Assembly: GCA_013334745.1 (NCBI GenBank)
Contig: JAAXWY010000003.1
Span: 19,492-83,491, forward strand
Reading direction: 5' to 3'
DNA: 64,000 nt
Origin: Coriobacteriia bacterium
GTDB lineage: Bacteria; Actinomycetota; Coriobacteriia; Anaerosomatales; JAAXUF01
Both the position numbers and the translations under genes were made by a program. This document shows positions 24,424-32,345 of the stretch, in pieces. The notes beneath the pieces are model-generated. The model was not told the origin of the DNA, ran no database searches, and saw nothing but the letters and a program-made list of their open reading frames with translations. Within the stretch, counting starts at the first letter, position 1. Every line of letters starts with the position of its first letter.

Positions 24424-25266
24424 ATGCAGAAGGCTCGCAAGATTACTGGGCTCCTGCTCGTACTCGTGATGGTGGCCGCACTTGTGGCACTCGCGGGATG
24501 CGGCTCGAGCGCGCCCAGCACCCCCGCCACGACGCCGGAAGCGACGAGCACCGAGCCCGCCGCTCCCACGTACAAGCTTGTGGCCCCGGGTAAGCTGACC
24601 ATCGGTTCGGACCTCGACTACCCGCCGTTCGAGCAGCTCAACGGTGATCAGCCGGAGGGCTTTGATGTCGACCTCATGACCGCCATCGCTCGTGAGATGG
24701 GTCTTGAGATCAGCTACCTGCCGCCGCAGGACTTCGACGCGCTGCTTGCCCTGGTCAACGCCGGCAAGTTTGACGTCATCGCCTCCTCGCTCACCATCAA
24801 CGATGAGCGCAAGAAGGAGATCGTCTTCACCGACCCGTACTTCGAGTCGAACCAGTCGATCGCAATGAAGGAGGGCTCGACCTACTCCGCTCCTGAGGAT
24901 CTCAAGGGCAAGAAGGTCGGCGTCCAGTCCGGCACCACCGGTGAGCAGTGGGCCACCGAGAACCTCAAGCCCGCCGGCGTCACCATCGTGCCGTTCAAGA
25001 AGACCAGCCAGGCGTTCGCCGCACTTCAGGCCAACACCGTCGCAGCTGTCGTCAACGATCTCCCCGTCACCAACGAGATCGTGAAGGACCCGGCCAAGAA
25101 GCTTGCCATCGTCAAGCAGATTCCGACCGGTGAGATGTACGGCTTCGGTGTCGCCATGGAGAACCCCGATCTTGCTGTCGCCATCAATGAGGCGCTCGCC
25201 AAGATCAAGGAGTCGGGCGAGTACAAGACGATCTACGAGAAGTGGATCGGCCCGTACGAGCAGTAG
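24424..25266 (+). CDS. Amino-acid ABC transporter substrate-binding lipoprotein (SBP family 3, Gln/Glu/Asp-like)
   Basis: ATG at 24424 after AAGGAGGA. Lipobox LVALAGCG. Motifs GSDLDYPPFE, FDVIASSLTINDERKK and VGVQSGTTG. Confidence 0.9.
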   Translation: MQKARKITGLLLVLVMVAALVALAGCGSSAPSTPATTPEATSTEPAAPTYKLVAPGKLTIGSDLDYPPFEQLNGDQPEGFDVDLMTAIAREMGLEISYLPPQDFDALLALVNAGKFDVIASSLTINDERKKEIVFTDPYFESNQSIAMKEGSTYSAPEDLKGKKVGVQSGTTGEQWATENLKPAGVTIVPFKKTSQAFAALQANTVAAVVNDLPVTNEIVKDPAKKLAIVKQIPTGEMYGFGVAMENPDLAVAINEALAKIKESGEYKTIYEKWIGPYEQ

Positions 25267-25353
25267 TCACTGCTCGGTGGTTCCTGCTTTGATTCGAATC
25301 GGGGAGGGCCTCCGGCTTCGCGCCGGGGGCCCTCGCTTCGAAGGGTTGGCTGC

Positions 25354-26697
25354 GTGATGAACAGAGTCCTATCAGCTAGACGAACCTCGTGGATGAGGCT
25401 ACTCGCTGTTGTGCTGCTTGCCGTGCTCGCGTTCAGCGCGGTCGGCGTGGCCTTTGCCGATGACGTCCTCAAGGGCACGAACCTCACGCTGAGCCAGACG
25501 AGCGGCGGCAAGTCCACTCGCTTCACCTTCACCACGCTGCCCAAGCAGCCGATCGAGATGCTTTCCCTCACATACCCCGAGGGATTCGATGTGAGTGCGG
25601 TAAAGGTCGACGCTGTGACGCTCGACGGTCTCAAGCGAATCCCGGTCGAGGTCAAGACCGACGTCGCGGGACAGAAGATCAATCTGGCGTTCACTCCGCC
25701 CGTCTCGGCCGGATTCGACATGCGCGTGCAGATCTTCGATGTGGTCCTGCCGAAGTCCGGTGGGCAGTTCAACGTCGTCGTCGACTACACGTCGAACGGG
25801 GTGACGGGGCAGACCTCGACGCCACCGTTCAAGACTGAGACCTTCACCACCGTTCAGGCGGTGACGCAATGGCTTGATGAGAAGCCGTTCGTGCAGAAGT
25901 GGAACTCGCTTCAGTTCCTGAACATCTTCTTCAAGCCGCAGATGATCGTCTCATCGGTGCCGCTCCTGTTCACCGGATGGCTCATGTCGATCGCGCTTGT
26001 CGTGGTCGCCTTCCCCTTCGCAATCGCCGGCGGACTGCTCCTTGCGTTCATGAAGATGTCGAAGGTGTGGCCGGTTCGCTTCTTCTCGAACATCTACATC
26101 AACGTGATTCGAGGTACGCCGCTCTTCCTGCAGATATTCATCGCATTCGTCGGTCTTCCGATCGCCGGGTTCCAGGCGCCGCTGTTCCCGACCGGCGTCT
26201 TCGTGCTGGCCCTCAACAGCTCGGCCTACCTTGCCGAGATCTTCCGTGCCGGCATCCAGTCGATCAATCGCGGACAGTTCGAGGCCGCCAGTTCTCTCGG
26301 CATGAGCTACCCGCAGGCGATGGCGTTCGTCATCATTCCGCAGACAGTCAAGCGCGTTCTGCCGACCATGACATCCGAGTTCATCCTGCTCTTCAAGGAC
26401 ACAGCGCTCCTGTCCGCAGTCGGCGTGTTCGAGCTGATGCTCTACAGCAACAGTCTCGCTACCCGGAGCGGTAGCCTCACGCCCTTCGTGGTCGCTGCCG
26501 TCTACTACCTGCTGGTCACGATTCCGCTCATCAACTGGGTCGCCAACCTCGAGCATCGCCTCGCGATCGCGGAGGGCGGAGCGGCCGCCTCGTCTAACGA
26601 CACGACCGGCCGTCGTCGTCGGTGGGGATGGCGCCCCGCGAGTGCGGGTCCAGAAGCTGAGCTGCAAGCGTCCGTCGCAGAGCACGAGTCGAGGTAA
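25354..26697 (+). CDS. Amino-acid ABC transporter permease (HisM/GlnP type) with an extra ~190-aa N-terminal extracytoplasmic domain
   Basis: The C-terminal ~220 aa hold the permease core (IRGTPLFLQIFIAFVGLP, EAASSLGMSYPQAMAFVIIPQ). The N-terminus has a signal-anchor followed by a beta-rich domain with no motif I recognise. Confidence 0.88.
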   Translation: MMNRVLSARRTSWMRLLAVVLLAVLAFSAVGVAFADDVLKGTNLTLSQTSGGKSTRFTFTTLPKQPIEMLSLTYPEGFDVSAVKVDAVTLDGLKRIPVEVKTDVAGQKINLAFTPPVSAGFDMRVQIFDVVLPKSGGQFNVVVDYTSNGVTGQTSTPPFKTETFTTVQAVTQWLDEKPFVQKWNSLQFLNIFFKPQMIVSSVPLLFTGWLMSIALVVVAFPFAIAGGLLLAFMKMSKVWPVRFFSNIYINVIRGTPLFLQIFIAFVGLPIAGFQAPLFPTGVFVLALNSSAYLAEIFRAGIQSINRGQFEAASSLGMSYPQAMAFVIIPQTVKRVLPTMTSEFILLFKDTALLSAVGVFELMLYSNSLATRSGSLTPFVVAAVYYLLVTIPLINWVANLEHRLAIAEGGAAASSNDTTGRRRRWGWRPASAGPEAELQASVAEHESR

Positions 26698-27435
<738 letters not shown>

Positions 27436-27456
27436 CAGGCGCAATAAGTTCGTTTC

Positions 27457-27505
27457 GATACCCCATGCAGCGTCAGCGCGACGCTGCGAGGGGTATCTTC
27501 CTTCT
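27457..27505 (+). terminator. Rho-independent terminator after the ABC operon
   Basis: Nt 27457-27474 pair with 27480-27497 as 8 bp, a G-U wobble, one mismatch and 8 bp. The loop is AGCGC, followed by TTCCTTCT. Confidence 0.7.
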
Positions 27506-27533
27506 AGAGACCTGAACGCAAGGGAGGCCATCG

Positions 27534-28088
27534 ATGCAAGTCAAAGTGGTTGGGCGGCACATGACCGTCACGGATCCCACCCGCGCGTATGCAGAGGAGA
27601 AGTTCGGCAGGCTTGCCAAGATCTACGACGCCGAGCCGGTCGTCGCGGAGGTAGTGCTCGACGTGCGCAAGAACCGTTCGCACCCCGATCGGTTCACCGC
27701 CGAGGTCACGGTTCGGCTGAAGGGTCACGTGGTTCGAGCCGAGGAGACCTCGACTGACATGCATGCGGCAATCGACCTTGCAGCTGCCAAGGCCGAGAAG
27801 CAGATGCGTAAGTACAAGACGAAGGTCATCGATCGACGCAACCACGGCGTGGCCGTGACGAAGACGGCTGCCGGTGACACTGAGATTGCTGATGACACTG
27901 AAGCCTCGGCTGAGGTCGTGCGCATCAAGACCATCGAGACCAAGCCCATGACCGAGGAAGAAGCGGTGCTTCAGCTCGAACTTCTGGGCCACGACTTCTT
28001 TGTGTTCCGTCACGCCGATACGGAGCGAGTCAATGTTCTGTATCGCCGAAACGACGGCGACTACGGGCTGATTCAGCCGAACGCGTAG
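27534..28088 (+). CDS. hpf: Ribosome hibernation-promoting factor, long form
   Basis: 184 aa. The N-terminus MQVKVVGRHMTVTDPTRAYAEEKFGRL is typical of the RaiA/HPF fold. The C-terminal dimerisation domain is present (EEAVLQLELLGHDFFVFRH). Confidence 0.93.
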   Translation: MQVKVVGRHMTVTDPTRAYAEEKFGRLAKIYDAEPVVAEVVLDVRKNRSHPDRFTAEVTVRLKGHVVRAEETSTDMHAAIDLAAAKAEKQMRKYKTKVIDRRNHGVAVTKTAAGDTEIADDTEASAEVVRIKTIETKPMTEEEAVLQLELLGHDFFVFRHADTERVNVLYRRNDGDYGLIQPNA

Positions 28089-28120
28089 AACTCGGCCAAG
28101 TCGTTCGCAACCGCGCAGTG

Positions 28121-28155
28121 AGAAGGGCGCCTCCGGGCGCTCTTCTTGTCGTTGT
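28121..28155 (+). terminator. Hairpin plus T-rich tract after hpf
   Basis: Nt 28121-28131 pair with 28136-28146 (11 bp including one G-U, loop TCCG), followed by TGTCGTTGTT. Confidence 0.55.
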
Positions 28156-28184
28156 TGACATGCGTTCGCGGCTGTCCGTACAGT
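28155..28184 (+). promoter_or_regulatory. Sigma-70-like promoter TTGACA-N18-TACAGT
   Basis: -35 TTGACA at 28155-28160 and -10 TACAGT at 28179-28184, about 80 nt upstream of the 28264 gene. Confidence 0.45.
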
Positions 28185-28263
28185 AAGCCGTGATTCGCGC
28201 ACGCGCGAACGCACTTGGTTGACTCAGTCGTAGCAGTAATCGTCGTAGCAGGGAGCTCCCCAA

Positions 28264-28935
28264 GTGGATCAGAGCGCATCCCGCATCAAGGTCGAGGATA
28301 TCGAAGCCGCGCTCGCGGAGGTCGGAGAGATTAAGGCTGCCCGCATCGTGCCGGACGCCGACGGATCCATCGCCGAGATACACATCCTCGCACTTCCCAC
28401 CAAGGCCCCAAAGCAGCTCGTGCGCGACATTGAGTCGACGCTGATGGCTCGTTTCGGTATACCCGTTGACCACAAGAAGATCTCGATCGCGCTTCTCGGA
28501 CGCGACGCGCTCAAGGACGAGGCGCCTGTTGATGCACGTTCGACCGTTGCTCGGCCGCGTATCTGTTCGATCAATGCCACAGTGAGTGGTGTGCAGGCAT
28601 CCGCTTCGGTGGTACTGGAGATCGGTGATGCTGAGTACGTAGGCAACGCCAGCGGCCCTGCCAGCAAGACGGGGCGCGCGCGGCTCGTCGCACTGGCGGC
28701 GCTTGACGCTGTCAGCCAGTACACTGACGCCACCATTTCCTTCGCTCTCGAGGACGTAGCCATCGTGCAGCTTGGCCGCGAGAAGGTCGCGGTTTCCTGC
28801 ATCGCCCTCGTTAGCGGATTTGGAGAGCAACACCTGTCCGGCTCCGCGCTCGTACGGCAGAACGACAACGATTCCATCGTGCGTGCCACGCTCGATGCGA
28901 TCAACCGCCGTATGGGCTTCCTGACAACCGTATAA
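28264..28935 (+). CDS. Hypothetical two-domain cytoplasmic protein
   Basis: 223 aa. GTG after GGGAG. GC3-rich codons and a balanced charged composition contrast with the Ser/Arg/Ala-rich mirror ORF on the minus strand. I recognise no catalytic motif. Confidence 0.7.
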   Translation: MDQSASRIKVEDIEAALAEVGEIKAARIVPDADGSIAEIHILALPTKAPKQLVRDIESTLMARFGIPVDHKKISIALLGRDALKDEAPVDARSTVARPRICSINATVSGVQASASVVLEIGDAEYVGNASGPASKTGRARLVALAALDAVSQYTDATISFALEDVAIVQLGREKVAVSCIALVSGFGEQHLSGSALVRQNDNDSIVRATLDAINRRMGFLTTV

Positions 28936-29072
28936 CCCACAAGTTTGGACCGGCGCCGTGAACCAACGCACGAACACTGTCAGCACTGAAATGAGCGGAG
29001 CGGACAGAGTTCTTCCATCGCTAGCGGGATGGGAGAAGACCACACCAGTTCCACGAAGGGGGTCTTCTCACC

Positions 29073-29147
29073 ATGAAGCGTATGATGCTGGTTCTCGCGT
29101 CTCTCGCCGCCGTTGTTCTTTCCGGTGGCGCTTACTGGAAGATGTAG
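29073..29147 (+). CDS. Candidate 24-aa hydrophobic micro-protein (MKRMMLVLASLAAVVLSGGAYWKM)
   Basis: ATG lies 10 nt after AAGGGGG. The peptide has a single TM-like segment. It sits 48 nt upstream of the HD-GYP gene and is too short for the ORF track. The call is speculative. Confidence 0.3.
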   Translation: MKRMMLVLASLAAVVLSGGAYWKM

Positions 29148-29195
29148 TATCCGGGCGGAGTCGGTCCACTTTGAGTTGGGGGCGGGTGGGGCATA

Positions 29196-30530
29196 GTGAC
29201 TGAATCACAGCGCCCCAACCGCCCCTTCCTCACTTATGTCGGCTTAGTAGTATTGAGCGCCGTCCTGATAGTGATCACAGCATGGCGCCTATTCCCGCCG
29301 ATGGCTTCGTTCCAGCTGATTCTGCTCCTGGTTGCGGTCATTCTTTCCGAGAACTTCCGGTTCTCTATTGAGCCCTATAGTGTCTCATTGGCGTTTCCGT
29401 TGGGTGTTGCCAGCGCGATTCTGTGTGGCCCGGCAGCATCTTGTGTGGTGGCCGCGGTCTCCTCGATCAACATTGATGAGCTTAGGCAGCGCAAGCCTGC
29501 GCCAATCGTGCTCTTTAATCTGGGCCAGATGGTTCTGAGCACCGGGCTCTCTGCTTGCCTATACATGTGGCTTGGCGGGCGGGTGTTGCAGGTCGGGGTT
29601 TCCTCATTCCGGCCGCTCGGGGTTGGTGACTTTCCGCAGATCCTAGTCCCCGCGCTGGCGATGTCTGTCACCTGTGTTCTTGGCAACATGTTGCTGACCG
29701 CTGTGGGTATGGCACTGTTTACCCGCCAGCCACTCTCCTCGACCGCATCCACGATGATCACCTTTGTCCCGACCCAATTCACCCTGGCGGGGCTAGGATT
29801 CCTGGTGGCGCAAGTGCTTGCCATTTCTGCGCTTGCCCTACCGCTGGTTCTCGCACCGCTTGCGGTTGCGCGACAATTGTTCCTTCGTTACGCCGGGCTC
29901 AAGGTGGCCTATGTCGACACAATACGTTCGCTGGTAGGTGCGCTTGAGGCCAAGGACCCGTACACCCGAGGCCATTCTGAGCGCGTGTCAACATATGCCG
30001 TCGCGCTCGGCCGCTCTTGTGGCATGGACTCAAGGGACCTGGAGCGTCTCGAGTATGCTGCCTTGCTTCACGATATCGGCAAGCTGGCTGTGCCAAGCAT
30101 GGTCCTTACCAAGCCCGGGAGACTCGAGCCTGAGGAGATGCTACAGATACGGGAGCATCCTGCGCGCGGGGCAGACATGATTCGCAGGATTCCTCCGCTT
30201 CGGGACTTGGCGCAAGCGGTCTTTCAGCATCATGAGTGGTTCGATGGAACCGGTTATCCGCTGCGGCAGGGCAGCGACGAATTGTCGCTTTCGGCAAGAG
30301 TCCTGAGCATTGCTGACAGTTACGACGCCATGACTACCACCAGAGCATATCGCCCTGCCTTGAGCAGGGAAGACGCTATCGCCGAGTTGATTCGTGGCGC
30401 TGGAAGCCAGTTCGATGCGGAGATCGTTCGACTCTTCGTAGAGTGCAGGTTCGACGCGGAGGACGGCGCGCAAAGTGTGCTCGTTGAGCAAGCGATATCC
30501 ACGCGGACAGAACCCGTTCGGAGTTCCTAG
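29196..30530 (+). CDS. Polytopic membrane HD-GYP domain phosphodiesterase
   Basis: About 230 aa with 7-8 hydrophobic helices, followed by a complete HD-GYP set: GHSERV, LLHDIGK, HPARG, HHEWFDGTGYP and ADSYDAMTTTRAYR. Confidence 0.9.
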   Translation: MTESQRPNRPFLTYVGLVVLSAVLIVITAWRLFPPMASFQLILLLVAVILSENFRFSIEPYSVSLAFPLGVASAILCGPAASCVVAAVSSINIDELRQRKPAPIVLFNLGQMVLSTGLSACLYMWLGGRVLQVGVSSFRPLGVGDFPQILVPALAMSVTCVLGNMLLTAVGMALFTRQPLSSTASTMITFVPTQFTLAGLGFLVAQVLAISALALPLVLAPLAVARQLFLRYAGLKVAYVDTIRSLVGALEAKDPYTRGHSERVSTYAVALGRSCGMDSRDLERLEYAALLHDIGKLAVPSMVLTKPGRLEPEEMLQIREHPARGADMIRRIPPLRDLAQAVFQHHEWFDGTGYPLRQGSDELSLSARVLSIADSYDAMTTTRAYRPALSREDAIAELIRGAGSQFDAEIVRLFVECRFDAEDGAQSVLVEQAISTRTEPVRSS

Positions 30531-30532
30531 AC

Positions 30533-31666
30533 ATGCCTACTTCCATCATCCCGTTCTTTGGCCAAGCACCCCCATATGCGCTCGAACCAACCTTATGGGC
30601 GTCCATTTGGTTCTTGGCGGGACTAGTTGTTCTAGACCTGTTCGATATCTCGCTCCCAAGGGGCGACAGCGTAGGTGTTGCGGGTGCGCTTGCGGCTGCG
30701 TCCTTGGTTGTTCTGGGACCCGCCCAGGGCGCGGTGTTGGTCGGAATCTCAGCTGTAGGAGTCCACCTACTTCGGCGGGGGCTAAGCCAGCCTCTGCGGC
30801 TCGTTGGCGTACTAATCTCCAGAATCGCTGGAATAGTGGCGGCTGCATCTGTTCTCGCAGTTGGCGCGAGTGTTCTACCCCCCTTGGCACTCTATGGAAT
30901 TGTGCCGGCGGCTTTCCTGATGGTTGAAATCATCACGGCCCAAGCGGTGACCGGGGTCGTTTCTTCCAGATCATTCTTGAGGCTTGTTCGTGGCAACATC
31001 CGCTCTCAGGCTCCATTGTTGGCGGCACAGTGGTCAGCATCGGTGCTTCTGTTGCTGACCTATAACGGCATGGGTGGCTGGAGTCTCATTCCCGTTGTCG
31101 CGCTGCTCCTCTTGATGCGGCAGTCGTATGCGCTCTTCTTGGATATTCGAGAGACGTATCGGACTACTGTGGAGGTTCTAGTGGAGGCCGCCGAGAACCA
31201 AGACGCCCGGCGTGTCGGGCACGCGGACCGAACCGCCATGATGGCGCGCGCAATCGCGGGTAGGCTCGGGCTGGGCGCCGCCATGGTGGAGCGCATTTCT
31301 TACGCGGCCCTGTTGCATGATCTGGGCACCCTCTCGGATCGTCCGCAGGACGGCCCTGACCCTGTCTCGCGATCGATGAGCTCGGCAGATGTGGTGCACG
31401 GTGTGGAGTTCTTTCGAGATGTCGAGCCTATCCTGCGTGCCTGCGATGGGCCTGAGGGGGCGGCGAACGCGGTCGAGTCGGACTTGACGGCGGCGATGAT
31501 CGTCGCTCTTGCTAGCGATATTGACATGGCGTTTCACCCGGAGGTTGCGGCTGCTCACAAGACGACAGTGCTCGACGACTTGGCTCCGATGGTCTCGCCA
31601 ACCGTGAAGGCGCGAGTGGTTGGTGCGGCTCTTGAGCTGGGCTACCGGACGCCTGCGGTCAGATAG
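30533..31666 (+). CDS. Polytopic membrane protein with a degenerate HD-GYP-like domain (predicted inactive paralogue)
   Basis: Same layout as the upstream gene. It keeps GHADRT and LLHDLG. The HHE..DG.GYP motif is replaced by LRACDGPEGAAN and D.YDA by ASDIDMAF. It starts 2 nt after the upstream stop. Confidence 0.8.
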   Translation: MPTSIIPFFGQAPPYALEPTLWASIWFLAGLVVLDLFDISLPRGDSVGVAGALAAASLVVLGPAQGAVLVGISAVGVHLLRRGLSQPLRLVGVLISRIAGIVAAASVLAVGASVLPPLALYGIVPAAFLMVEIITAQAVTGVVSSRSFLRLVRGNIRSQAPLLAAQWSASVLLLLTYNGMGGWSLIPVVALLLLMRQSYALFLDIRETYRTTVEVLVEAAENQDARRVGHADRTAMMARAIAGRLGLGAAMVERISYAALLHDLGTLSDRPQDGPDPVSRSMSSADVVHGVEFFRDVEPILRACDGPEGAANAVESDLTAAMIVALASDIDMAFHPEVAAAHKTTVLDDLAPMVSPTVKARVVGAALELGYRTPAVR

Positions 31667-32223
31667 TGCTCGCGCTTCTCTCGATCGGCGTCGGTTTGGC
31701 TGTGGCCTGGGCGAGTGGCGGTTCACTGCGACGCTTGGCGGAGCTGAGCATCCCGTGGTCACCCTGGATCTTGGTCGCCTTCCTCGTTCAGGGAGTCGCT
31801 AGAGGGCGGCTGTTCGGCTTCGCTACGTCGGAGTTCGGGTTTGCCCTCTGGTGCATATCAAGCACCTTCTTGGTCGTACTGCTGATCACTTCATGGCGAC
31901 TACCCGGGCTCTGGATTGCTGCTGTGGGGCTGGGGCTGAATCTTGTAGTGGTGCTCGCTAACGGTGGCATGCCGGTATCTGTCCCTGAAACGGCAGTGTT
32001 GTCTCAGGCGGAACAGGTTGCCCAATCCATGGGGCTATACCAGTTTGTCGGAGTGGGCACTATATGGGGGTTTCTGGGCGATGCGATCACCTTCCGTGTG
32101 ATGTCTGGCACGTTTCTGCTCAGCGCGGGGGATGTTCTCTTGATTGTTGGCGTGGCTGTTCAGATCGTGTCGGCCACTGCAGGCGCCGTGACCAGTCCGG
32201 AGCACCTGTCTGACACGAGCTGA
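31666..32223 (+). CDS. Small integral membrane protein (from memory resembles DUF5317)
   Basis: 185 aa with 5-6 helices. Motifs VLANGGMPV and SAGDVLLIVG. Its GTG overlaps the upstream TAG by 1 nt (TAGTG). Confidence 0.75.
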   Translation: MLALLSIGVGLAVAWASGGSLRRLAELSIPWSPWILVAFLVQGVARGRLFGFATSEFGFALWCISSTFLVVLLITSWRLPGLWIAAVGLGLNLVVVLANGGMPVSVPETAVLSQAEQVAQSMGLYQFVGVGTIWGFLGDAITFRVMSGTFLLSAGDVLLIVGVAVQIVSATAGAVTSPEHLSDTS

Positions 32224-32345
32224 CGCAGCCCTTCTGGAGTTGGCACGGTAGATCGCAGATGGTCTTGTCTAGAGCTTGGAAGTGGTCTATACAATTCTCA
32301 ACTGAAACGGCGGCACCCCTCGTCGCACGAACGCTGGAGGCAAGC

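Noticed and set aside
28269-28940. 223-aa minus-strand ORF exactly mirroring the 28264-28935 gene
   Set aside because: The product is Ser/Arg/Ala/Thr-rich with poor third-position GC pattern. The + strand frame has coding-like GC3, balanced charge, an SD and a promoter.
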